The notes beneath the pieces were generated by a model. The model did not search any database. It was not told the DNA's origin and worked only from the letters and a program-made list of their open reading frames with translations. A program made the translations under genes and the position numbers. Shown piece by piece: positions 8,076 through 16,193 of a DNA stretch of 32,000 bases. Each line of letters opens with the position of its first letter. The first letter of the stretch is position 1. The stretch comes from Promethearchaeota archaeon (GTDB lineage: Archaea > Asgardarchaeota > Odinarchaeia > Odinarchaeales > JBHLKK01): assembly GCA_048939465.1 (NCBI GenBank), contig JBHLPL010000001.1, positions 30,001-62,000 on the forward strand, read 5' to 3'.

Positions 8076-10058
8076 TTGAGAAAGAACATGCCGAGAACTA
8101 AAGCCATTAAGTGGGTTGTTAAGGACCCCAAGAAAGACATGTATTGGCCGAGTGAAGAAAACAAAAAGAAAGCGTGGGTCAACGACGAATCAATCTATGA
8201 TGAGGCAAATAGAGACCCGGTCGCTTTTTGGGAAAAGCTGGCAAGAGAAGGGCTGGATTGGTACAAGGAATGGGACAAAGGGTATGAATGGAACCCGCCG
8301 TTCTATAAGTGGTTTGTGAATGGGAAAATCAATGCATGCTATAATGCTGTTGATCGACATGCAATGACGTGGAGGCGGAACAAAGCCGCAATAATCTGGG
8401 AACCAGAGCCAATTGGGGAAATGCCCCGAATACTCACTTATTATGACCTATATAGAGAAGTCAACAAGTTCGCCAACGTACTAAAGGATTTTGGCGTGAA
8501 GAAAGGAGATAGAGTGGGAATATATTTACCAATGATTCCAGAAGTTCAAATCGCCATGTTAGCGTGCGCTCGAATCGGAGCCGTTCACAGTGTGGTTTTC
8601 TCAGCGTTCAGCGGAGAATCTCTTAAGACAAGAATGATAGACGCTAAAGCCAAGGTTGTAATTACGGCAGATGGCTACTATCGAAGAGGAAAGCTCATCG
8701 ATCTCAAAAAGAGCGCAGATATTGGTGTAGAAGGAGCCGAAGTGAATAAGGTTGTTGTAGTAAAGAGAGCCGGAAATGATGCGAGAATGGTAGCAGGCAG
8801 AGACTTTTGGTGGCATGAACTGATGAAAAACGTGGAAGAGAAATATTGTGAACCCGAAGTGATGGATAGTGAAGACTTGCTCTTTCTACTCTACACAAGC
8901 GGTACTACCGGACGTCCAAAAGGTGTCATGCACACTACGGGAGGCTATTTGACACAAGCATACTGGACATCTAAGTGGGATTTTGACCTTCATGATGAAG
9001 ATGTATATTGGTGTACGGCAGATATCGGCTGGGTAACAGGCCACACTTATGCTTGCTACGGACCGCTGCTGTGTGGTGCAACCATCCTGATCTTTGAAGG
9101 GTCGCCAGATTATCCACAATATGATCGATGGTGGGAGATAGTTGAAAAATACGGTGTGAATAGCTTTTACACCGCTCCAACTGCAATAAGGATGTTCATG
9201 AAGCAGGGCAAAGAATGGCCTCTGAAACACGATTTAAGCAGTCTTCATGTTTTGGGCACGGTAGGTGAACCCATCAATCGAGAGGCGTGGATGTGGTACT
9301 TCGAGAATATCGGCGGCGGAAGATGCCCAATAATCGACACGTGGTGGCAGACTGAGACTGGAGGGAATCTGATTACTGCGCTACCTGGCGTCGGGCCGTT
9401 CATTCCGACAGTTGCGGGAAGGGGATTTCCGGGGACTGTCATGGAAGTGCTAGATGAAGAAGGAAAACCAGTAGGAATCGGCGAAGGTGGTTACCTGGTT
9501 CAGAAAAGTCCATTTGCCCCCGGAATGCTACGAGGGGTCTACGGCAACCCCCAAAGGTACAAGGATACCTACTGGAGTGAATATGGTGAGAAGATATACT
9601 ATACAAGTGATGGTGCGCGATGGTACGATGAGAAGAATATACGTATCACGGGTAGGGTTGACGACGTACTGAAAGTTGCCGGCCATAGAATGGCTACAGC
9701 AGAAGTTGAAAATGCGCTGACTGAACATGAAGCTGTTGCAGAGGCAGCAGTCGTCGGAGCGCCTCACGACATCAAAGGTGAAGTTCCAATTGCGTTCGTT
9801 TGCCTAAAGGGAGTTAAACCGTCTGATGAGTTACGAAAGCAATTGATGGACAAAGTACGGGAAATGATAGGACCAACTGCAAGACCTGAAAAGATTTACT
9901 TCACACCGGATTTGCCCAAAACAAGGAGTGGGAAAATCATGCGGAGAGTCCTGAAGAAACTTCTGATCAACGAATCGCTAGGAGATATAACAACTCTAAG
10001 CAATCCTGAGAGTGTAGAACTGCTCAAAAAAGAGGTAGGGTATTCAGGACCTAGCTAG
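8076..10058 (+). CDS. acs: Acetyl-CoA synthetase (AMP-forming)
   Basis: YTSGTTGRPKG, ADIGWVTGH, DTWWQTETGG, GRVDDVLKVAGHR, PKTRSGKIMRR. Start may be TTG 8076 or ATG 8088. Confidence 0.97.
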   Translation: MRKNMPRTKAIKWVVKDPKKDMYWPSEENKKKAWVNDESIYDEANRDPVAFWEKLAREGLDWYKEWDKGYEWNPPFYKWFVNGKINACYNAVDRHAMTWRRNKAAIIWEPEPIGEMPRILTYYDLYREVNKFANVLKDFGVKKGDRVGIYLPMIPEVQIAMLACARIGAVHSVVFSAFSGESLKTRMIDAKAKVVITADGYYRRGKLIDLKKSADIGVEGAEVNKVVVVKRAGNDARMVAGRDFWWHELMKNVEEKYCEPEVMDSEDLLFLLYTSGTTGRPKGVMHTTGGYLTQAYWTSKWDFDLHDEDVYWCTADIGWVTGHTYACYGPLLCGATILIFEGSPDYPQYDRWWEIVEKYGVNSFYTAPTAIRMFMKQGKEWPLKHDLSSLHVLGTVGEPINREAWMWYFENIGGGRCPIIDTWWQTETGGNLITALPGVGPFIPTVAGRGFPGTVMEVLDEEGKPVGIGEGGYLVQKSPFAPGMLRGVYGNPQRYKDTYWSEYGEKIYYTSDGARWYDEKNIRITGRVDDVLKVAGHRMATAEVENALTEHEAVAEAAVVGAPHDIKGEVPIAFVCLKGVKPSDELRKQLMDKVREMIGPTARPEKIYFTPDLPKTRSGKIMRRVLKKLLINESLGDITTLSNPESVELLKKEVGYSGPS

Positions 10059-10145
10059 ACACACCATTTCTCCGTTCATTTATTCCAAATAAGGTCCTCT
10101 CTTTTTTCATCGAAAAACCTCATTTTCTTGATCCATTGCGTAAGA

Positions 10146-10152
10146 TTTATAA
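10146..10152 (+). promoter_or_regulatory. TATA box of the carAB transcript
   Basis: TTTATAA about 90 nt upstream of carA and downstream of a T-rich tract after acs. Confidence 0.5.
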
Positions 10153-10193
10153 CTTATCTGTATTTAGGAATTGGAAAAAGTCTTCATCCAATA

Positions 10194-10232
10194 ATGGCCC
10201 GCAACTTCGGCCGCAAAGGCGGGGCAAGATAA
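10194..10232 (+). CDS. Putative leader peptide (uORF) MARNFGRKGGAR upstream of carA
   Basis: ATG GCC CGC AAC TTC GGC CGC AAA GGC GGG GCA AGA TAA. Three Arg codons, 24/39 GC, and the stop codon overlaps the carA SD (AAGGTG). Not in the ORF track. Confidence 0.4.
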   Translation: MARNFGRKGGAR

Positions 10233-10243
10233 GGTGTCTGCCG

Positions 10244-11398
10244 TTGAAAGCCCGAAAATCATGGAATGATGCGGCACTTATACTTGAAGACGGGACTGCT
10301 TTTGTAGGGCAGGGATTTGGCTCCCAAAAAAAGGTAACAGGTGAGGTTGTTTTCAATACCGGGATGGTTGGGTATCCTGAGTCAATTACCGATCCGTCTT
10401 ACTATGGACAAATCCTCACTTTGACATATCCCCTGATTGGAAATTATGGAGTACCTTCTTTTGGTGAAACGGAGCACGGAATACCCAGATTCTTCGAATC
10501 AGATTCTGTGAAGGTTAGAGGGCTTGTCGTCCACGAGCACTGTTATCTGCCGAGCCACTGGTCTTCCACTAGAACCTTAGATCAATGGTTGAAAAACGAG
10601 GGTGTGCCGGCCATCATGAATGTTGATACCCGCAAACTCACAAAAAGACTGCGTGAACACGGCGTAATGCTGGGTATTCTACAGGTGTGTAGCGAAGAAG
10701 AAAAAATCGATATATCTGGGCTTCGTGAAGAGGCAAGAAATATCGAAAATCCCAACAAGAGGAATCTTGCCGGAGAAGTTGCAACAGACAAACCAATTAC
10801 TTATGATTGTCACGGTAAAGGAACAGTTCTAATTCTGGATTGTGGCGTAAAGTACAACATCCTGAGAAGTTTTTTGAAAAGAAATCTGAATGTTGTTCGG
10901 GTTCCTTATAATACCTCAATCTCAGAGATACTTGATTATCAACCGAATGGCGTTGTAATCAGCAATGGACCCGGCGACCCCAAGAGGATTCCGAGTATTA
11001 CTCAGACTGTTACTGAAATAATTGGAGAAGCTCTTCCTCTTCTTGGAATCTGTCTTGGAACTCAGATTCTGTCACTTGCCTGCGGTGGGGATACCTACAA
11101 ACTGAAGTATGGCCACCGCTCTCAGAATCAGCCAAGTATGAACCTAGAAACTGGTCGCTGTTTTATTACAAGCCAAAATCACGGCTATGCTGTTGATCCG
11201 ACTTCTTTGAAAGAGACAGATCTGGAAATCTGGTTTGTTAATGCAAATGATAAGACCATAGAAGGGATTAAACACAAAAGGGTCAATGCATTCGCAGTTC
11301 AGTTTCATCCTGAACATGCACCCGGACCTGTTGATACTGAATATATATTCTGGCAATTTATCAAAGCCATGGGGGGTCAAAAGTCTGCCCAGATTTGA
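10244..11398 (+). CDS. carA: Carbamoyl-phosphate synthase small subunit
   Basis: AALILEDG, GEVVFNTGMVGYPESITDPSYYGQIL, SNGPGDP, catalytic LGICLG, SQNHGYAV, QFHPE. TTG start at 10244 after AAGGTG. Confidence 0.97.
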   Translation: MKARKSWNDAALILEDGTAFVGQGFGSQKKVTGEVVFNTGMVGYPESITDPSYYGQILTLTYPLIGNYGVPSFGETEHGIPRFFESDSVKVRGLVVHEHCYLPSHWSSTRTLDQWLKNEGVPAIMNVDTRKLTKRLREHGVMLGILQVCSEEEKIDISGLREEARNIENPNKRNLAGEVATDKPITYDCHGKGTVLILDCGVKYNILRSFLKRNLNVVRVPYNTSISEILDYQPNGVVISNGPGDPKRIPSITQTVTEIIGEALPLLGICLGTQILSLACGGDTYKLKYGHRSQNQPSMNLETGRCFITSQNHGYAVDPTSLKETDLEIWFVNANDKTIEGIKHKRVNAFAVQFHPEHAPGPVDTEYIFWQFIKAMGGQKSAQI

Positions 11399-14300
11399 AT
11401 GGATACGTAAAACCCTAGTACTGGGAAGCGGGGCCATCCAAATAGGCCAGGCTGGAGAATTTGACTATTCTGGAAGCCAAGCGCTCAAAGCCCTTCGCGA
11501 AGAAGGAATAAAGTCCGTTCTAATAAACTCAAACATCGCTACAATTCAGACAGACCCCAGGTTGGCGGGGGATGTATATTTGCTGCCCGTAACTCCAGAA
11601 TTCGTCGAGAAGGTAATTCAGAAGGAAAAGCCTGATAGTATTCTCCTCAGTTTTGGTGGTCAAACCGCTCTAAACTGCGGTGTCGAACTTGCAGCACAGG
11701 GTATCTTGGAGAAATACGATGTAAAGGTGTTGGGAACGCCGATTGAGGCTATTGAGAAAACTGAAGATCGAGAATTGTTCAAAAAATCCATGCGGCAAGC
11801 CGGTGTTGACGTTCTAAGGAGCAAGATTGCGAAGACGGTCAAACATGCCGTTTCCATAGGCGATGAGCTTGATTATCCCGTAATCATTCGTGCGGCCTAT
11901 ACTCTGGGTGGCAGAGGATCAGGAGTAGCCAGGACCAAAAGCGAATTGAAGGAAATAGCCGCGCGAGGTCTGGCTCAGAGTATGATACACCAAATCTTGG
12001 TTGAAGAGTATGCCAAACATTGGAAAGAAATTGAATATGAGGTTGTTCGCGACCACGAAGACAATTGTATTACCGTATGCAACATGGAGAATTTGGATCC
12101 TATGGGTGTACATACTGGGGAGTCCATTGTTGTTTCCCCCTCACAAACCTTGACTAACCGTGAGTATCATCTGCTGAGGGGTGCCTCGATAAGGGCTGTT
12201 CGATCAATAGGGGTAGTGGGGGAATGCAATATCCAATATGCCCTTCATCCCTATTCAGAAGCCTTTAGGGCAATAGAGATTAACGCCCGCTTATCACGTT
12301 CATCTGCGCTCGCATCTAAAGCAACTGGCTATCCTCTGGCATATGTCGCAGCTAAGCTAGCACTTGGCCATACCCTTCCAGAGCTCGTAAACAATGTTAC
12401 TCATGTTACCACAGCTTGCTTCGAACCCGCCTTGGACTACATAGTTGTGAAAATACCTAGATGGGATCTCCAAAAGTTCAAAAGTGTTAGCAGACGGATT
12501 GGGACCCAGATGAAGAGCGTTGGCGAAGTTATGGGCATTGGAAGGTGCTTTGAAGAGGCTCTGCAAAAGGCAGTTCGAATGCTTAACATCGGAAGAATCG
12601 GGATCGTTGGGAACGGGGAAGAAAGCATCCCAAATGAAGAACTGGCTGAATTATTGAAGGAACCAACTGACAAGAGATTGTTTGACATAGTTAGAGCCAT
12701 GAAAGCCGGCATATCTGTTGACAGAATCTATGAGTTAACCGGCATTGACAAATGGTTTCTCTTCAAAATCCACAATATTATTCGTACTGAAAATGCACTG
12801 ATGGAGATAGGCAAGCAAACCGTTATCGAAAGAACTGGTGATGATTATCTGAGTCACGTCGTAAGAGAAGCAAAGAGATTGGGCTTTTCTGATGATCAAA
12901 TTGCCAGGTGTTTGGGAATCTCAGCCCCAGAAGCGCGTGAGTACAGGAGGAAAAGGGGCATAGTTCCTGTAGTGAAGCAGATTGATACTCTAAGTGCAGA
13001 ATGGCCTGCCCAAACGAACTATTTGTACGTAACCTATGGAGGAGAAGAAAACGATGTATCGTCTGATGTGAGATCTTTAAAGAAAGTAATAGTGTTGGGT
13101 TCAGGATCCTATAGGATCGGGAGTAGCGTCGAATTCGATTGGTGCGGTGTAAACATGGTATGGGCCCTAAAAGAAGCAGGAATAGAAGAAGTCATAATGG
13201 TAAATTGTAATCCTGAAACTGTTTCAACCGATTTCGATATTGGCGACAAATTGTATTTTGAGGAACTGTCCGTCGAAAGAGTCCTAGATATTTGTGAGAT
13301 GGAATATCCCTATGGAGTAGTTGTGTCTGTTGGAGGACAAATACCCAACAATCTGGCACTGGAGCTCGCAGGAGCTGGAGTCAGAATATTAGGAACATCG
13401 GCAGATGATATTGATCGTGCCGAAGATCGGTCGAAATTTAGCCAGCTTCTTGATGAGCTCAAGATCCCTCAGCCTCAATGGAGGGAGATAACTTCAATGG
13501 CGTCTGCAGAAACGTTTTCAAAGAGAGTGGGTTTTCCGGTACTCATACGCCCATCTTATGTGCTTTCTGGAGCAGCCATGAGGGTTGCTTATAATGAAAA
13601 GCAGCTTAGGGAGTTCCTAGGACTAGCGGAAAGAGTATCTAAAGAACATCCCGTAGTTTTAAGCAAGTTCATGCGAGACGCTAAGGAGGTTGAAGTTGAC
13701 GGGGTCTCAGACGGTGAGTCCGTATTGATTGGGGCGATCATCGAGCACGTTGAACACGCAGGAACTCATAGCGGGGACGCTACTATGGTTATTCCGCCGC
13801 AAACATTAGCCAGCAAAATCTTGGAGAAAATAAGAGACCATACAAAGAATATAGCTACTGCCCTAAACATAAAGGGGCCTTTCAATATTCAGTTTCTCGT
13901 CAAGAATGGGTCTGTATACGTCATAGAATGCAATCTCAGAGCTTCCAGATCAATGCCCTTTGTTTCCAAAATTAGAGGCTTAAATCTAATGACCATGGCG
14001 GCTCCTGCAATACTGGGTCATAGGCTCACCAACATTCCTGAAGAGGTTTATTCAGAGTTTGCTGGAGTGAAGGTTCCCCGATTCTCTTTTATGAGACTAG
14101 AGGGAGCCGACCCCGTTCTGGGCGTTGAAATGATGTCTACAGGTGAAGTAGCATGTATCGGAAGAAACTTCGAGGAAGCTTTCATTAAAGCACTCCTGTC
14201 TGCGGAAATGAAGATTCCGCTTAGTAGGGGGAGAGTATTGATAACAGTTGGCGGGATTGAGCTGAAAAAGAGAATACTCCCTGTCGCCAAAATGTTCTCA

Positions 14301-14666
14301 GACCTCGGATACGAAATATTCGCAACCGAACATACAGCCGAACCTCTGGAAAAAGAAGGAATTAAGACAAAGATTCTTTATAAGCTCATGGAAGATCGTG
14401 AACCTAACCTTCGCAACTTCATTATCAGGAGGAAACTCGATTTAATCATTAACATCCCTGCGACGACGACTCTCGAAAAGTATGTTCAGATGCTTGAGGA
14501 TGAATACAATATGCGAAGAAATGCAGTTGAGTATAATATACCCCTTATAACCAGCTTAGAGCTTGCTAATGCTCTGGCAGCTGCTCTCAAGAGAATCAAG
14601 AAAGAGAAATTGACGATAATCTCTCTTAATGAGTACATTGATATGTTGACCCAAAAAAAATGGTAG
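11385..14666 (+). CDS. carB: Carbamoyl-phosphate synthase large subunit
   Basis: LGSGAIQIGQAGEFDYSG, NSNIATIQTD, two ATP-grasp halves, LGSGSYRIGSSVEFDW, MGS-like C-terminus. Probable CTG start (MPRFEWIRK) after GGGGGT, overlapping the carA end. Confidence 0.97.
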   Translation: MPRFEWIRKTLVLGSGAIQIGQAGEFDYSGSQALKALREEGIKSVLINSNIATIQTDPRLAGDVYLLPVTPEFVEKVIQKEKPDSILLSFGGQTALNCGVELAAQGILEKYDVKVLGTPIEAIEKTEDRELFKKSMRQAGVDVLRSKIAKTVKHAVSIGDELDYPVIIRAAYTLGGRGSGVARTKSELKEIAARGLAQSMIHQILVEEYAKHWKEIEYEVVRDHEDNCITVCNMENLDPMGVHTGESIVVSPSQTLTNREYHLLRGASIRAVRSIGVVGECNIQYALHPYSEAFRAIEINARLSRSSALASKATGYPLAYVAAKLALGHTLPELVNNVTHVTTACFEPALDYIVVKIPRWDLQKFKSVSRRIGTQMKSVGEVMGIGRCFEEALQKAVRMLNIGRIGIVGNGEESIPNEELAELLKEPTDKRLFDIVRAMKAGISVDRIYELTGIDKWFLFKIHNIIRTENALMEIGKQTVIERTGDDYLSHVVREAKRLGFSDDQIARCLGISAPEAREYRRKRGIVPVVKQIDTLSAEWPAQTNYLYVTYGGEENDVSSDVRSLKKVIVLGSGSYRIGSSVEFDWCGVNMVWALKEAGIEEVIMVNCNPETVSTDFDIGDKLYFEELSVERVLDICEMEYPYGVVVSVGGQIPNNLALELAGAGVRILGTSADDIDRAEDRSKFSQLLDELKIPQPQWREITSMASAETFSKRVGFPVLIRPSYVLSGAAMRVAYNEKQLREFLGLAERVSKEHPVVLSKFMRDAKEVEVDGVSDGESVLIGAIIEHVEHAGTHSGDATMVIPPQTLASKILEKIRDHTKNIATALNIKGPFNIQFLVKNGSVYVIECNLRASRSMPFVSKIRGLNLMTMAAPAILGHRLTNIPEEVYSEFAGVKVPRFSFMRLEGADPVLGVEMMSTGEVACIGRNFEEAFIKALLSAEMKIPLSRGRVLITVGGIELKKRILPVAKMFSDLGYEIFATEHTAEPLEKEGIKTKILYKLMEDREPNLRNFIIRRKLDLIINIPATTTLEKYVQMLEDEYNMRRNAVEYNIPLITSLELANALAAALKRIKKEKLTIISLNEYIDMLTQKKW

Positions 14667-14700
14667 GTTGATGATTGGAGCAATTTATCCCGTAGTCACC

Positions 14701-15189
14701 TTATAGGTGTTGAAAACCATCGAGTAACTCTCTGGATTGCTCCTTGAAATCCTCCAAATCTCTATCGACGATTTCGTGGGATTCCAGCTCTTTTGCCTTC
14801 TCTATCTCTTTTCCTATGGCTTCATTGAGCGTAGGAGCGGCCATGGGTGCTTCTTCTTTGGCAAATGCTTTGGCAAACACAAGCGATTTGAGCCTGCCAT
14901 AAGCATACTTCCTAAACTCATCTTCCTTCCTCTTTGATAGCCAGGCCCGTCCCAGATACGCGACGGTGTTTGCCGCTCCCGATATCCCCTCAAATTTCTC
15001 AGCTTGTATCAAAGCAAGGCCGGATAATCCCTTATCTTCAATACCAATAAGCACTGGTCGTTCCGAGGTCCTCAATATGGCAATTGATGACGCGAAACCA
15101 AATAGATCTATGTACTCAATTTCGTAACCTACGCCTCTCCGGCGCAACATGCGTATAGCATCTTCGAAGTTTTCGGGCTTTTCAGACAT
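14701..15189 (-). CDS. Hypothetical protein, 162 aa, acidic C-terminal helix
   Basis: Open frame with GAGAGGAAG-ATG start, co-oriented downstream of the gelsolin-like gene. No recognisable motif. Confidence 0.7.
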   Translation of the reverse strand: MSEKPENFEDAIRMLRRRGVGYEIEYIDLFGFASSIAILRTSERPVLIGIEDKGLSGLALIQAEKFEGISGAANTVAYLGRAWLSKRKEDEFRKYAYGRLKSLVFAKAFAKEEAPMAAPTLNEAIGKEIEKAKELESHEIVDRDLEDFKEQSRELLDGFQHL

Positions 15190-15247
15190 CTTCCTCTCAA
15201 CTAGCAATTCAAAATTCTGTTAATTGATACTCCAAATCTCGTTTGAA

Positions 15248-16102
15248 TTAGTTCGTGGGTAAGTTCTTGGCCACTTCGACGAATATCTTTTGAATTCTTA
15301 TCTTCTTTTCCTCGCCGCCAAAAGTTGATTCGGGAGATATGATCAACTTTGAACCATCTACCCTAAACTTGCATACTGTACCATCGGGCGCTTCCAGTTC
15401 ATATTCTTCGCTTTCTTTTGCTGATCGACAATTCACATATAGCTCGGGGTATTCTTTCATCACGCTTGTGATTAGGATACCTGTTTTGATACTGCCCAAA
15501 ACGTCGCTTAAACTCTCCTTGGGGGCCGAAGGAGTCTCGCTCGCATTACTCACTTGGCTCATTATCTCTTGGGGAGTTATTTTCAAGACCGCTGGTGTTG
15601 ATGGTTCAGGCTGTACGTTCACATCAACTTCCGGGGAAGCTTGCGGTTCAGGAGGTTGAGGAGCAGGCTGAATTATTGTTTCAACTTCAGGCAAGCCCAC
15701 AGGTTTGGCAGCAATAGCCTTATCTCCAAAAGAGACAAGGAATTTGCCAACAGGTGAAAAATCCGACTGTACCAATCTCTTCAGTTTTTCGTATTTCTCC
15801 TTCATATCGGATTCTCCCAAGAGACTTTCCTCGATAACCTCTAGTGTCTTAATGCCTTTGCCTACAAGGATATTCTGAACCTCGTATCCGAATCGTTTGA
15901 TAGAATTAGCAATCCGACTTGCTGCTCTTTTCCGGACAAAACTGATCTGCTGGCCGATCCAAAGCCAGACCACCTCATTCGGCTCATCAATTACAACTAC
16001 CACATTTTCTCCCTTTAGACTTTCCTCGGAAAATGGTATCAGTACACTTTCTCCACTCTCATCTAAGCTGAGCATCAGACTGTATCTTGATATCTTTGAC
16101 AT
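15248..16102 (-). CDS. Asgard gelsolin-domain protein (single gelsolin repeat + Pro-rich linker + C-terminal domain; 1DGelX-like)
   Basis: SLKGENVVVVIDEPNEVVWLWIGQQISFVRKRAASRIANSI fits the gelsolin repeat pattern (L.S...xxD....yvW.G......k..A...A..l). Linker QPAPQPPEPQASPE. SD GGTGA-ATTAAT-ATG. Confidence 0.75.
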   Translation of the reverse strand: MSKISRYSLMLSLDESGESVLIPFSEESLKGENVVVVIDEPNEVVWLWIGQQISFVRKRAASRIANSIKRFGYEVQNILVGKGIKTLEVIEESLLGESDMKEKYEKLKRLVQSDFSPVGKFLVSFGDKAIAAKPVGLPEVETIIQPAPQPPEPQASPEVDVNVQPEPSTPAVLKITPQEIMSQVSNASETPSAPKESLSDVLGSIKTGILITSVMKEYPELYVNCRSAKESEEYELEAPDGTVCKFRVDGSKLIISPESTFGGEEKKIRIQKIFVEVAKNLPTN

Positions 16103-16193
16103 ATTAATTCACCAATCCATCCGCAAGGAAGCCCACAATTTCAGTCGTGATTTCTTGACTAATTAACTTTTTCTACATTTTCGCTATAAAATG

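Noticed and set aside
8076-10058. Acs-deacetylase regulatory pair (AcuC-like control of the Acs catalytic Lys)
   Set aside because: The target Lys motif (PKTRSGK) is present, but the deacetylase is 18 kb away and no acetyltransferase is in the window, so there is no genomic support.
10136-10243. Long N-terminal extension of carA in the ORF track
   Set aside because: It spans the TATA box and leader. CarA homology starts after TTG 10244.
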